The notes beneath the pieces are model-generated. The model searched no databases and was not told the DNA's origin. It saw nothing but the letters and a program-made list of their open reading frames with translations. The position numbers were made by a program, and so were the translations under genes. This document shows, piece after piece, positions 1 through 9,871 of a stretch of DNA of 64,000 nt (positions are counted from its first letter, which is position 1; each line of letters begins with the position of its first letter). Source of the stretch: a virus. The stretch covers positions 1 through 64,000 of IMG/VR virus record IMGVR_UViG_3300035698_014118; one strand, given 5' to 3'.

Positions 1-131
1 ATTCCGATGATGAATGGGGAAACTTTATTTTCTGTATCAATGTTACTCAATTCATTATAGAAGCTGCGCAAATATTTGGTCTTCCTAACGAAGACTAAAG
101 TGTGTGTATATTATCCATATAATATAATATC

Positions 132-1175
132 ATGTCTAAAAAGAGACCCATGTTACGTCTTACACCTGGAACGATAAATCTCGAAACTAGTGAAATTAAA
201 CAGAAGATTATATTGAAAAACCATCAAAGTCCCGGTGATATCGTTATGTTAACAGCAGCAGTTAGGGATTTATATAAAGCGCATGGGAACAAATTCCAAA
301 TTGGTATCGCCACGACATGCGAAGAAATATGGGAGAACAATCCCTATATAACAAAGTTGAATCCTAAAGACCCAACTGTTAGTGTTATAGAATGCGATTA
401 TCCTTTAATACATAAAAGCAATACATCGGCTTACCATTTCATCCATGGTTTTACCATGTTTTTAGAAGATACTCTAAAATTGAGAATACCTGTAACAGAT
501 TTCAAGGGGGATATACATATATCTGATGCAGAAAAAAGTTGGATATCTCAAACAGAAGAAATGGGAAACAAAGATCATTTTTGGATTATGGTAGCTGGCG
601 GCAAAAGAGATTATACAGCCAAATGGTGGAATCCAAAATATTACCAACAGGTTGTAGATCACTTTAAAGGAAAAATAACTTTTGTTCAATGTGGACAATC
701 ACATCATTGGCATAGGAAATTGAAAGGTGTTATTGATTTAATAGGAAAAACCGACCTGCGACAATTCATTAGATTGATTTACCATTCTATAGGAGTTGTT
801 TGTCCTGTTACATTTGCTATGCATGCGGCTGCGGCTATAGAAATGAAAAAGAATACTCCAAAGCATCGCCCATGTGTCGTTATTGCAGGAGGGAGAGAAC
901 CTTCACAATGGGAAGAATATCCCAATCATAGATATCTTGATACAAATGGAGCATTGAGTTGTTGCGATAATGGTGGATGTTGGGCTTCTAGGTGCCAGAA
1001 AGTAAGCGATGGAGATAAGAAGGATAAAGAAAGTTTATGCGTTTATCCTATTCAGGTAGAAAACAAACTTCGGATACCTAAATGCATGCACATGATAAAG
1101 CCAAAACATGTTATAGAAGCCATAGAAATGTATTATAGCGGCGGAGTATTGGAATACGGAAGTTCTTTGAAATGA
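132..1175 (+). CDS. Glycosyltransferase family 9 (heptosyltransferase-like)
   Basis: SPGDIVMLTAAVRDL N-terminal motif; KWW..Y.QVV; DLIGKTDLRQFIRLI; T.AMHAAAA; typical of GT9. Confidence 0.8.
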   Translation: MSKKRPMLRLTPGTINLETSEIKQKIILKNHQSPGDIVMLTAAVRDLYKAHGNKFQIGIATTCEEIWENNPYITKLNPKDPTVSVIECDYPLIHKSNTSAYHFIHGFTMFLEDTLKLRIPVTDFKGDIHISDAEKSWISQTEEMGNKDHFWIMVAGGKRDYTAKWWNPKYYQQVVDHFKGKITFVQCGQSHHWHRKLKGVIDLIGKTDLRQFIRLIYHSIGVVCPVTFAMHAAAAIEMKKNTPKHRPCVVIAGGREPSQWEEYPNHRYLDTNGALSCCDNGGCWASRCQKVSDGDKKDKESLCVYPIQVENKLRIPKCMHMIKPKHVIEAIEMYYSGGVLEYGSSLK

Positions 1176-2965
1176 AAATAGGTATATTCTCAAAATTCGA
1201 GATGTCCGGAGGTTCTGAATTCAGAGCGGTTTATCTAGCCAATGGTATAGCTAAATATACAGAACATGAATCATATCTTTTATCAGAAAAACAATTTCCT
1301 AATAAAATAGAAAAAACCGCTGATAAAGAAATTTCTTTAGTGAAGAACGTATTTTTACCCAAACCAGAGAACTTGGAAGTTCTTTACGAGATGGATTGCA
1401 TTATTGTAATCAACACTGACTGCAAAAATTTTTCTCATATCGATTATTGGACTGGTAAGTCTCCAAGACATAAATGTAAAGTAGATATGTCTAGAATCAA
1501 AAAGATGGTGTTTCTTTACAACTTTTTGATTAGTCCTAGTATAAATCTTGTTACGATAGAAAAAGAATGTAAAAATATCAACATTCTTGTGACGAACAAA
1601 AAATTCTACAAAGAGATTATAGACCAAAGCAGATATAATTGCATATCTCATATACCAAGAATGATACTTGAAAGTCCTATAGAACCAAGTACTATATCAA
1701 TTGTAAAAACTGATTCCAAGAAGATACGCATAGGTTGTCATGCTAAGGGAGGCGACTCTAAGTGGAATCATGATTTGCCCGAACTTATAAAGAAGATAAA
1801 TAAGTTGCATGGCCCAAAGATATCTTGGGATTTTATGGGCATGAATAGCAAAATGGCAAATCAAATAAAAGCTATTGACAATGTGATTGTTCGTGCAGAA
1901 TTTTCTACGTCGGTAAAAGACTTTTTACAGGGTGTAGATATATTCCTGTTTTTCCCCTCATGGAAACGAGAAGAGCCTTGGTCTAGAGTTGTTGCAGAAG
2001 CAATGACAAGCGGGTGTCCTATTGTATCTACCGACAAAGGTGGAACAAAAGATCAAGTAGTTATTAGGAATAATGGGTTACTCCATAACAACATAGATGG
2101 TATGTCTAGGTCTTTAGACAAATTAATAAAAAACCCAGATATGGTTTCTCGTATGAGGCGAAATAGTATCGTTTATTCTAAATTCTTTTCGTCTGACTGG
2201 GTAGTAAAAAAACTAATAAGATTCATAGGTGAAAATGTCATGAAACCAAAAGAAGATATTAAAACGATCAAAGATCACAACGACGACTGGAAAAAAAGTA
2301 TTAAAAGTAGGTCCGATCAATCCCTAAGAGACCTGTATGACAAATCTGAAGATGAACAAGCTTGGATATCAAAAGGATTCCTGGATTTGTTTACTCATAT
2401 ACTTGATTATGAAGTTTTGGTTTATCTTGGTTCTCCTTTACATAATTTGACATGTTTGGAAATAGGAGTAGGAGGAGGTCGATTATTATTGCCAGCTTCT
2501 TATACCTTCAAAGAAGCGTATGGAGTTGATATACATGGAGATTTAGATAGAACTAAAAAATGGATGTTTAAACATGGAAGAAAAAACTTTGGACTATTTT
2601 CTTCTATGAATGCTAGACCAGATAATTCTATCGATTTTATATATAGTTATATAGTGTTTCAACATTTAATAGATATTGTTCAAGTAGAAAATTATTTTAG
2701 AGATATAAGAAGACTTTTAACTGATAAGGGTTTGGCTGCTATTTGCTATGCTGCTTTAGAAGAAGATTCAAATGATGAAGTTTGGACAAGAGACAAGGAT
2801 CACAACGTGGGAGTTGTTTCTTTAAGAGTAAAACCCGATGTTATAGAAAGAATAGCAAACGAACAAGGTCTAGAAATTGTATATCATAACGTTCCTAGAA
2901 AATACCCGTGGAGCAATTATACTAGAAAAGGTGGTCAAAGTAGAGTCCTATTGAAAAAGAAATGA
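1172..2965 (+). CDS. GT4 glycosyltransferase fused to class I SAM methyltransferase
   Basis: SGGSE N-terminus and EPWSRVVAEAMTSGCPIVSTDKGG (GT4); LEIGVGGGR and DFIYSYIVFQH (MTase). Confidence 0.8.
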   Translation: MKIGIFSKFEMSGGSEFRAVYLANGIAKYTEHESYLLSEKQFPNKIEKTADKEISLVKNVFLPKPENLEVLYEMDCIIVINTDCKNFSHIDYWTGKSPRHKCKVDMSRIKKMVFLYNFLISPSINLVTIEKECKNINILVTNKKFYKEIIDQSRYNCISHIPRMILESPIEPSTISIVKTDSKKIRIGCHAKGGDSKWNHDLPELIKKINKLHGPKISWDFMGMNSKMANQIKAIDNVIVRAEFSTSVKDFLQGVDIFLFFPSWKREEPWSRVVAEAMTSGCPIVSTDKGGTKDQVVIRNNGLLHNNIDGMSRSLDKLIKNPDMVSRMRRNSIVYSKFFSSDWVVKKLIRFIGENVMKPKEDIKTIKDHNDDWKKSIKSRSDQSLRDLYDKSEDEQAWISKGFLDLFTHILDYEVLVYLGSPLHNLTCLEIGVGGGRLLLPASYTFKEAYGVDIHGDLDRTKKWMFKHGRKNFGLFSSMNARPDNSIDFIYSYIVFQHLIDIVQVENYFRDIRRLLTDKGLAAICYAALEEDSNDEVWTRDKDHNVGVVSLRVKPDVIERIANEQGLEIVYHNVPRKYPWSNYTRKGGQSRVLLKKK

Positions 2966-4089
2966 AAAATATAATAGTATGCAATTTGTCTCATGTAAAA
3001 AGATTTGCTGACTACGAAGAGTATATCAAAGCACAGATAGATAATAGTTTAGATTTGGGATGGGAACAAAGCGACATTATTCTAGTTACTAACTTTGATT
3101 ACTCGTACAGAGACGTTGAAGCTTTTGTAACTGAAATGAACTGTGATTTTTGTCTTACAGGCAGTAAAGCATTTGCTGCGGTGAAGTTGTTTAATGAGGG
3201 GATGATTACAGAGAGAGCATGGTTACACGATTTAGATGCTTGGCAACTTTGTAAATTCAATTTTCCTGATATCAATGATATAGGTATGGTTTCTTATATC
3301 AGAAGATGGAATGGTGGTAGTGTATTTTTAAAACCGTCGTCTAAAGATATATTTGAAGCCATTGTCGAAGGCATCAATAAAACTCATTCCAGTAAAGAAG
3401 AACCACTTATTAAAATAGTTTTTAAAAACGATGAATACAAAGATCGTGTAACTACTATAGATCATTCGTTTAATGTAGGTGCTACAGGATTTGAGAAAAG
3501 ATATATCAAAAGCAAAAAACCTATCAAGGTTGTCCATATGCATCCTACAAGAAAAGGTGATTGCGCCAGAAATATAGGTGGTAGAAATAGACTAGCAATT
3601 AGATTAGTAGATGAGAGATTAAAAAATATATTTGTTAAACATTTTGGAGAGAATGTAGCTCCATATGGTCAAGATGCAAAAGTAGAGATTGAATGTTCTC
3701 CTAAAATCAAACTCAAAATAGGAGTTTTGAAAAACGGATCGGAATTTCATACTAATCGCCAAAAATACAAACTTATGAATTGTCCTGATTCACTATTAGG
3801 AAAGAAGTTTTTAAGACTTCCTCACAAGAAACCCTGTCAGCTAACTATTAAAGCAAAAGAATCGGGCATTCTTATTTTAGGGATTTGCAAACAGCATGTA
3901 TTGATAGAGAAAGGCTTGAATGCTTCTGGATGGTATTATATACAACATGCCAAATTAGAAACCAATTATAGAGACGTTAGTAGCTTTTCTCTTTATACAA
4001 GATTAGTAAATAAAGGAAATGTTATAAAATTATCACATGATTATAAAGTAAATCCGATTATCATATCAAACAGGATAGAAGTTATATGA
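2962..4089 (+). CDS. Putative GT-A-like sugar transferase with C-terminal beta-rich domain
   Basis: DxD-like WLHDLDAWQ and WNGGSVF; position within glycosylation cluster. Confidence 0.45.
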   Translation: MKNIIVCNLSHVKRFADYEEYIKAQIDNSLDLGWEQSDIILVTNFDYSYRDVEAFVTEMNCDFCLTGSKAFAAVKLFNEGMITERAWLHDLDAWQLCKFNFPDINDIGMVSYIRRWNGGSVFLKPSSKDIFEAIVEGINKTHSSKEEPLIKIVFKNDEYKDRVTTIDHSFNVGATGFEKRYIKSKKPIKVVHMHPTRKGDCARNIGGRNRLAIRLVDERLKNIFVKHFGENVAPYGQDAKVEIECSPKIKLKIGVLKNGSEFHTNRQKYKLMNCPDSLLGKKFLRLPHKKPCQLTIKAKESGILILGICKQHVLIEKGLNASGWYYIQHAKLETNYRDVSSFSLYTRLVNKGNVIKLSHDYKVNPIIISNRIEVI

Positions 4090-4898
4090 ATGTAGGAAGA
4101 GATATTTGGAAAGGCGAATTTACTAAGACTGTAACTAATAATTACAAAATATCGATATGTACTACATGTATGAATAGATTGCACGATTTGAAGCAGACTT
4201 TACCTATCAATATGAAACTTAATAAACATTATCCAAATCTAGAATTTATAGTATTAGATTATAACTCATCTGATGGACTTGACAGATGGATGAAAAGTAA
4301 ACACGCTCAACCACATATAGAATCTGGTTTACTTGTTTATTATAAGACTACAGAACCGCATGTTTATAGTATGACTCATTCTAGAAATGTTGTTATGAAA
4401 CTTGCTACTGGTGATATAGTAAATAATGTCGATGCTGATTCATATGTTAAATCATTAGTAGATTCACCACAATATTGTTTTGCAGAATATATAAATATGT
4501 TGGCTAATGAAAGACCACAAAAATCTGTATTTGCTAAAGGTAAACAACTCTTACATGGAAGAATAGGATTTTTTAAAAAAGAGTTTGTAGATTTACTTGG
4601 TGGTTATGATGAAGTAATAACTGGTTATGGTTATGACGATTGGGATATTGTTATGAGAGCATCTGCTTTGGGATTTAAATGGATGGTTTATGGTAGTAGG
4701 TATTTATGGAGGATTAGGACTAGATGGGAAGAAAAGATGGAAAATATGTCAGAAGTAAATAAGATAGATAGACAAAAAATAAACAAAAGTATTTCTGATA
4801 AAAACATACAGTCTGGCAAATTAAAAGCTAATATAGGAAGACATTGGGGGAAAGCCACTGTAACCAAGAATTTCAGTAAAGATTTGATTTATATATAA
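4086..4898 (+). CDS. Glycosyltransferase family 2
   Basis: ISICTTCMNR, VLDYNSSDG, NVDAD, GGYDE..GYGYDDWD. Confidence 0.8.
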   Translation: MNVGRDIWKGEFTKTVTNNYKISICTTCMNRLHDLKQTLPINMKLNKHYPNLEFIVLDYNSSDGLDRWMKSKHAQPHIESGLLVYYKTTEPHVYSMTHSRNVVMKLATGDIVNNVDADSYVKSLVDSPQYCFAEYINMLANERPQKSVFAKGKQLLHGRIGFFKKEFVDLLGGYDEVITGYGYDDWDIVMRASALGFKWMVYGSRYLWRIRTRWEEKMENMSEVNKIDRQKINKSISDKNIQSGKLKANIGRHWGKATVTKNFSKDLIYI

Positions 4899-5053
4899 TG
4901 GCTACTATAAAATATCAAGGTAAAAAGCCAAAGGTTCTTCAAAAACGTAAAAGAAATGGACATATGCAATAGTGATGGGTAGGAAAACTTTGTCCTTCTT
5001 GGGAGTTGATATACCCAAAAAAGCTTTCCTCATAGTAATAAGACAAAAAGTTA

Positions 5054-5656
5054 ATGGGATATGACCAAAAATATTATCGTCGTCATAAAGAACAATATGA
5101 TGTTTGGGAGAAAAGACTATCTATAGATTTTTACAGTAGACATGAGATTAAATCTGTTTTAGATATAGGTTGTGGAGTAGGCTCATATTTAATGGGTTTT
5201 AAAGAAAGCGGTATTAGAAAAATAGTTGGAGTTGAGATTAATAAAGATAAAGCGATAGAATTTATTGATCCTGCAATTATTGACAGAATATATCAACTTG
5301 ATGCTACTAAAAAACTTCCTTTCTTCTGTAAATTCGATTGTGTTTGGAGTATTGAGGTCGCTGAACATATTGATCCGTGTGGGACAGATATGTTTGTAGA
5401 AAATCTTATTTCTTTATCTAGGAATTATATAGTATTAAGTGCAGCACCGCCAGGACAAAGAGGAACCAATCATATAAATTGCCGTCCGAAAGATGAATGG
5501 ATTTCTATGATAACATCAAAAGGGTTTTCTTTTCAATATAAAGATATAGAGGCTACTATAAATATTTGGAGTAATTTAGAAGTTCCTATATATATATTAA
5601 ACAATATTATGATCTTTAAAAAGGATTGGGATAAAAATGGAAATATCAGAAAATAA
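5054..5656 (+). CDS. Class I SAM-dependent methyltransferase
   Basis: VLDIGCGVG; SIEVAEHI; SAAPPGQRGTNHINC. Confidence 0.85.
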   Translation: MGYDQKYYRRHKEQYDVWEKRLSIDFYSRHEIKSVLDIGCGVGSYLMGFKESGIRKIVGVEINKDKAIEFIDPAIIDRIYQLDATKKLPFFCKFDCVWSIEVAEHIDPCGTDMFVENLISLSRNYIVLSAAPPGQRGTNHINCRPKDEWISMITSKGFSFQYKDIEATINIWSNLEVPIYILNNIMIFKKDWDKNGNIRK

Positions 5657-6188
5657 GTATAGAAGTGACTTTCTTGAAATTTTGCCTAAAAATTCTATAG
5701 GTGTAGAATTAGGAGTATATAGAGGCCGTTTTTCTAGAAATATAATAAAAATTGTTAAACCAAGTAAATTATATCTTGTAGATTGTTGGTGGACCCTATA
5801 CGGTAAAAAATTTCCTTGGAGAAGTTATTCAGATTCTCCTATAGATGCTTTTCGCATCATGTTAACTAGGTTAGAAAAGTATTTAGTTAGTGAAAGAGAA
5901 ATTGAAATTATGATAGGAGATGGTTTAGATATTTTATCTCGTTTCCCTAACAATTTTTTTGATTGGATATACATAGATACAACTCATCTATATAAACAGA
6001 CTAGATCAGAGCTTATTATAGCCGATTTAAAAGTGAAAACTGACGGTATTATTTGTGGACATGATTATAAACCAAATCCAAAGCATAGGCATTATGGAGT
6101 TTATCAAGCACTTCATGAATTTTTAGACCTGACTAACTATAATTTAGTGAATCTAGATAATTTTTCTCAGTGGGCAATTTCTCGTTGA
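5637..6188 (+). CDS. SAM methyltransferase (Methyltransf_24-like)
   Basis: GVELGVYRG; DWIYIDTTHLY; GIICGHDY. Confidence 0.85.
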   Translation: MEISENKYRSDFLEILPKNSIGVELGVYRGRFSRNIIKIVKPSKLYLVDCWWTLYGKKFPWRSYSDSPIDAFRIMLTRLEKYLVSEREIEIMIGDGLDILSRFPNNFFDWIYIDTTHLYKQTRSELIIADLKVKTDGIICGHDYKPNPKHRHYGVYQALHEFLDLTNYNLVNLDNFSQWAISR

Positions 6189-6295
6189 AATCCGCAAATC
6201 TTTCGGTATACTGAATCATGAGAAAGAGCATACATGTGGAAGGCGTTGATGTAAACTATGTTCATCAAAACAATTCTTAGAAGCTAGGAGAAGAT

Positions 6296-8362
6296 GTGGC
6301 AAAATCGCTTATGTCTAGAAAGAAGCCATCTGTGTCTAAGGCTAAAAGGCTAAGGAATCAAGAGTTACTTGCTCGCATTGAGGGCCGAAGAAATAAACTA
6401 CAAGAAGTAGCAAAAGAACTCAAGAATCATTTCGTTGGTCTTGATGCAATTATTGATAAGATTGTGAAAAATCTAGAAGTCTGGTATGTTATGCCAGAAC
6501 TTATCACTAGACCTGTTGTGATTAATCTTTGGGGAATGACTGGCGTAGGAAAAACCGACCTTGTTAGAAGACTGGTTAAACACCTTGATTTCTCAGACAA
6601 TTTTGTAGAAATTCAACTTACCAATAAAGGTTCTACAATAGATTCATATTCCTCTTCTATTCAGTCCGTTTTAGAATGCTCCAACGTAGAGCCTAATGAA
6701 CCGGGTATTCTTCTTCTTGATGAAATCCAGAGATTTCGTTCCATCAATGAAAATGGACAAGAGATACACGACTATCGTTTTCAAGATGTTTGGATGTTGC
6801 TAAGCGATGGTAGATTCAGTGGGGCATCTGACGGCAAAGAAACTTTGTTGAGAATGCTTTTTGAAAATAAGTATTGGAAAGATGTAAAAGATAACGGCGA
6901 CGATGAAGACGGATTTGATAGTGATGAAGGCGTACGCCCTGATGATGAAGACGAATACAATGACGAAGACGAAGATAAACCAGTAAAAGCTATAAAGAAA
7001 AAGAAGCCCAAAAACAAAAAAGAGAGGATGTATCGCCAAACATACTGGGAGGCTCGTAGACTAAAAACCGTTCTTAAACTGACGGAGCCAGTAGAAAAAA
7101 TCATGATGTGGAACGATGATAAAAAGACTCAAATGCTAATAGAGAAAATAGCAGATCAGTCTACTTATCATGGTGAAAACTATTCTAAACTTTTGGTCTT
7201 CATCTCTGGTAACCTTGATGAAGCATACGAGATGTCTGACTCCGCTGACAATGCAGATATAGATGCAGATGTATTTCATAAGTTCTCTTTGAAAATAAAT
7301 ATGATTTCCATTAAGAAGGCTCTTAGGGAGAGATTCAAGCCAGAACAAATTGCTCGTTTTGGTAATGTTCATATTATCTATCCTTCATTGAGCGAAAAAT
7401 CTTATAGGAATATCATCGACAGAAAAATCAAAGAGTCTGTTAGTAGGATACGGAAAAAATTCGGCGTTAGAATCAAAGTTGATCAAACCATTAAAGATTT
7501 TATATATAGAAACGGTGTCTTTCCCGCTCAAGGAGTAAGACCTCTGTTCTCTACTATATCATCTTATCTGGAAAATGCTTTACCATTCATCGTTCTTAGT
7601 GCTATAGAAAATGATATATATGATGTAATCATTCTATACAAAAATGATCATATTTGCGCAAAAATAGGAACCACTATACATAAGGTTAAATACGAAGAAG
7701 GCGAGCTTGACCAAATCAAAAACAAGCAAGACCCTGATAAAAAGGTCAAGATTTCCGTTCATGAAGCAGGTCACGCTCTGATTTACGCTCTTGTTTTCGG
7801 CACTGTTCCAGTTGAAGTAAAATCAAATGCTACTGTTGGAGAACATCATACTGGATATGTTGGTTCACATTCCATTTTGGAATCTGCTGAACAAATACGT
7901 AACAAAATATCTGTTAGTCTTGCCGGCCGAGCCGCTGAAATACTAGTTTTTGGAAAAGATCATACTGATTTTGGTTCGGAAACAGATTTGTGCTATGCAA
8001 CGGAACTCGCTGTTGGAATGGTTAGACATTTGGGAATGGCCGACACAATCGCTAGAAAACAAAGTGCTTCAATCAATTTGCCAGATACATCAAATTGCAG
8101 TCACGATGTCTCCCATACTGATGCGATTATTGAAAACATCTTACAATCACAAAATCGCAAAGTAGAAGTTATGATCAAAGAACATACTAATCTTTTGAAA
8201 GCTGTTGCAAATATATTGATTGAAAACGGCGTAATGGAACAAAAAGAATTCCAGACCCTTTGCAAAGCTCATGGAATTATCACAAAAATTGTAGATGCAG
8301 AAGATCAAATCGTTACCGATTATAGTAACAAGTATAAAGAATTTTTCAGAAAAGGAGACTAA
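6296..8362 (+). CDS. AAA+ ATPase fused to M41 (FtsH-type) zinc metallopeptidase, no transmembrane anchor
   Basis: Walker A GMTGVGKT; Walker B LLLDE; HEAGH; LAGRAAE; DL..AT..A..MV..LGM. Confidence 0.85.
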   Translation: MAKSLMSRKKPSVSKAKRLRNQELLARIEGRRNKLQEVAKELKNHFVGLDAIIDKIVKNLEVWYVMPELITRPVVINLWGMTGVGKTDLVRRLVKHLDFSDNFVEIQLTNKGSTIDSYSSSIQSVLECSNVEPNEPGILLLDEIQRFRSINENGQEIHDYRFQDVWMLLSDGRFSGASDGKETLLRMLFENKYWKDVKDNGDDEDGFDSDEGVRPDDEDEYNDEDEDKPVKAIKKKKPKNKKERMYRQTYWEARRLKTVLKLTEPVEKIMMWNDDKKTQMLIEKIADQSTYHGENYSKLLVFISGNLDEAYEMSDSADNADIDADVFHKFSLKINMISIKKALRERFKPEQIARFGNVHIIYPSLSEKSYRNIIDRKIKESVSRIRKKFGVRIKVDQTIKDFIYRNGVFPAQGVRPLFSTISSYLENALPFIVLSAIENDIYDVIILYKNDHICAKIGTTIHKVKYEEGELDQIKNKQDPDKKVKISVHEAGHALIYALVFGTVPVEVKSNATVGEHHTGYVGSHSILESAEQIRNKISVSLAGRAAEILVFGKDHTDFGSETDLCYATELAVGMVRHLGMADTIARKQSASINLPDTSNCSHDVSHTDAIIENILQSQNRKVEVMIKEHTNLLKAVANILIENGVMEQKEFQTLCKAHGIITKIVDAEDQIVTDYSNKYKEFFRKGD

Positions 8363-8363
8363 A

Positions 8364-8825
8364 ATGGGAATGACGCTAGCAAAAGCTTTGAAATGTAAGA
8401 ATCGTCTCACGCAGAAAATTGGCAAAGTCAGTGGTGACATTAGTTCGTTTAATAGTCATCCGGCTGAAGCTACTTCTCCTGTTGACGTGAAAGCTCTGTA
8501 CAAAACCAGAAAAGAACTTGTTACAAAGCTATCTGAACTCAAGATTAAAATCATCATAGCGAATAGTGGAATCTGGGAAAGTATTATTCGTATTGCAGAA
8601 GCAAAAGGAGAGATTGTTTTTTGGCAGCGAGTGTCTGTCTTAGATGGTAAAAGCTTCCTTTCTGGCGGATATAGAGACACTGAGCTTCTTGACTATGCAG
8701 CAGAATTCAAGAAGCCAGAAGTAGATGCAATGGTTTCTGAATTGGAAAAAGAAGTAGATGATTTGCAAGAAAGAATTGATGTTTACAATCATACAACTAC
8801 CATAGATTTTGTTATGCCTGACTAA
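8364..8825 (+). CDS. DIP1984-like coiled-coil protein (start moved to ATG 8364, after AGGAG)
   Basis: MTLAKALK.KNRL N-terminus; LQERID.YN.TT.I C-terminus; family recognised from memory. Confidence 0.6.
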   Translation: MGMTLAKALKCKNRLTQKIGKVSGDISSFNSHPAEATSPVDVKALYKTRKELVTKLSELKIKIIIANSGIWESIIRIAEAKGEIVFWQRVSVLDGKSFLSGGYRDTELLDYAAEFKKPEVDAMVSELEKEVDDLQERIDVYNHTTTIDFVMPD

Positions 8826-8845
8826 ATTACTGGTTGGACAAGCGG

Positions 8846-9034
8846 TGCGGGAAGTTGTTGCAAGAGACTTAGAAGAGAGAACACATATCGCCTAACTAGC
8901 GAAAATGACCAGAGTTATTGATCTTGATCTTGTATTAAAAACTCAAAGTTCAACGATTAAAAACTAAAAAGTCAAGACTTAAGACTTATCCCCTGATCTC
9001 TTTACTTTGTTTCTTCAGCACTTCCCGCATTTTT
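8846..9034 (+). ncRNA. Putative structured RNA with internal 7-nt repeats, directly 3' of the DIP1984-like gene
   Basis: tgcgggaagt (8846-8855) pairs perfectly with acttcccgca (9020-9029); the stem extends inward; tandem heptamers at 8937-8987; U-run follows. Confidence 0.6.
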
Positions 9035-9103
9035 ATATATTGAGTGAATAGTTTTTATGTATACTTTTTTAATGTCTTCCGATATTACTTTTAGGAGAGT
9101 AAA

Positions 9104-9526
9104 ATGACTGAACAAGAACAAAAAATAGTTGAAGTTCCCATGCGTAGAAAAGATGTGTTTCAGACAGATGATGGTCGAAGAATCGAAGTATTCACTAAAA
9201 TAGATTCAATACCATATGTAAACAAGTCTGATTCGGTTGAAGAAGAAGCACCTGAATTTCTAGAAGTTGAAGATATCTACATCGGAAAGGTTCAAGTATA
9301 TACTCCAATGGGTCCGCGAGAAGTATCCTTCCGTATTGAAGATGTATCTACTATTAAAGAAGCTTTCGATAAGTATTTTGACTTCGCAAATGTTGCAGTT
9401 GATAATTTGAAGAAGCAACTTGAAGAAGCAGAAGCAAAAGATAACAAGATTATAACTGCTCCTGCTGGCGTGCTGGATGCTTTCGACGTAAATCAAGAAG
9501 AAGGCAGAATTATACAACAGCCATAA
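9104..9526 (+). CDS. Conserved hypothetical acidic protein
   Basis: ORF with AGGAG RBS; YIG.VQVYTPMGP..VSF.IE motif resembles a bacterial hypothetical family. Confidence 0.55.
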   Translation: MTEQEQKIVEVPMRRKDVFQTDDGRRIEVFTKIDSIPYVNKSDSVEEEAPEFLEVEDIYIGKVQVYTPMGPREVSFRIEDVSTIKEAFDKYFDFANVAVDNLKKQLEEAEAKDNKIITAPAGVLDAFDVNQEEGRIIQQP

Positions 9527-9534
9527 GGTGAGTT

Positions 9535-9825
9535 ATGCCAGAAACTATATCTGAAACTTTAGATGTTCTTGATAAGCAGCTTAAGGCGTTTAAAGAAATT
9601 CGTAATCAACTTATTGAGTTGTTTGATGGACATGAAATGCTTTCTGAAATAGATAGAGATTTTAGAATAGTATTTCGTGCCATAGATTTGATATACGAAA
9701 AATCTTCAGAACACGATTTAAATGCTCCATCTATAATTTTACTTGATTCGATGTCTTTATATACTCAGGCAGTTTTGGTTCTAACTAGCAAAATTAAAGA
9801 CAATGGTTTAATTATAGATTTCTAG
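9535..9825 (+). CDS. Hypothetical protein
   Basis: ORF with AGGTGA RBS. Confidence 0.55.
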   Translation: MPETISETLDVLDKQLKAFKEIRNQLIELFDGHEMLSEIDRDFRIVFRAIDLIYEKSSEHDLNAPSIILLDSMSLYTQAVLVLTSKIKDNGLIIDF

Positions 9826-9871
9826 GATTACTGCGCAAGGGCGTAGTACGATTTATAATAAGGAGACTGCT

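Noticed and set aside
4898-5053. Small gene or pseudogene between GT2 and MTase
   Set aside because: Only a 24-codon ORF and fragments; no recognisable product.
8937-8987. CRISPR or iteron origin
   Set aside because: Units are only 7-8 nt, degenerate, and enclosed in an RNA-like stem with G-U pairs.
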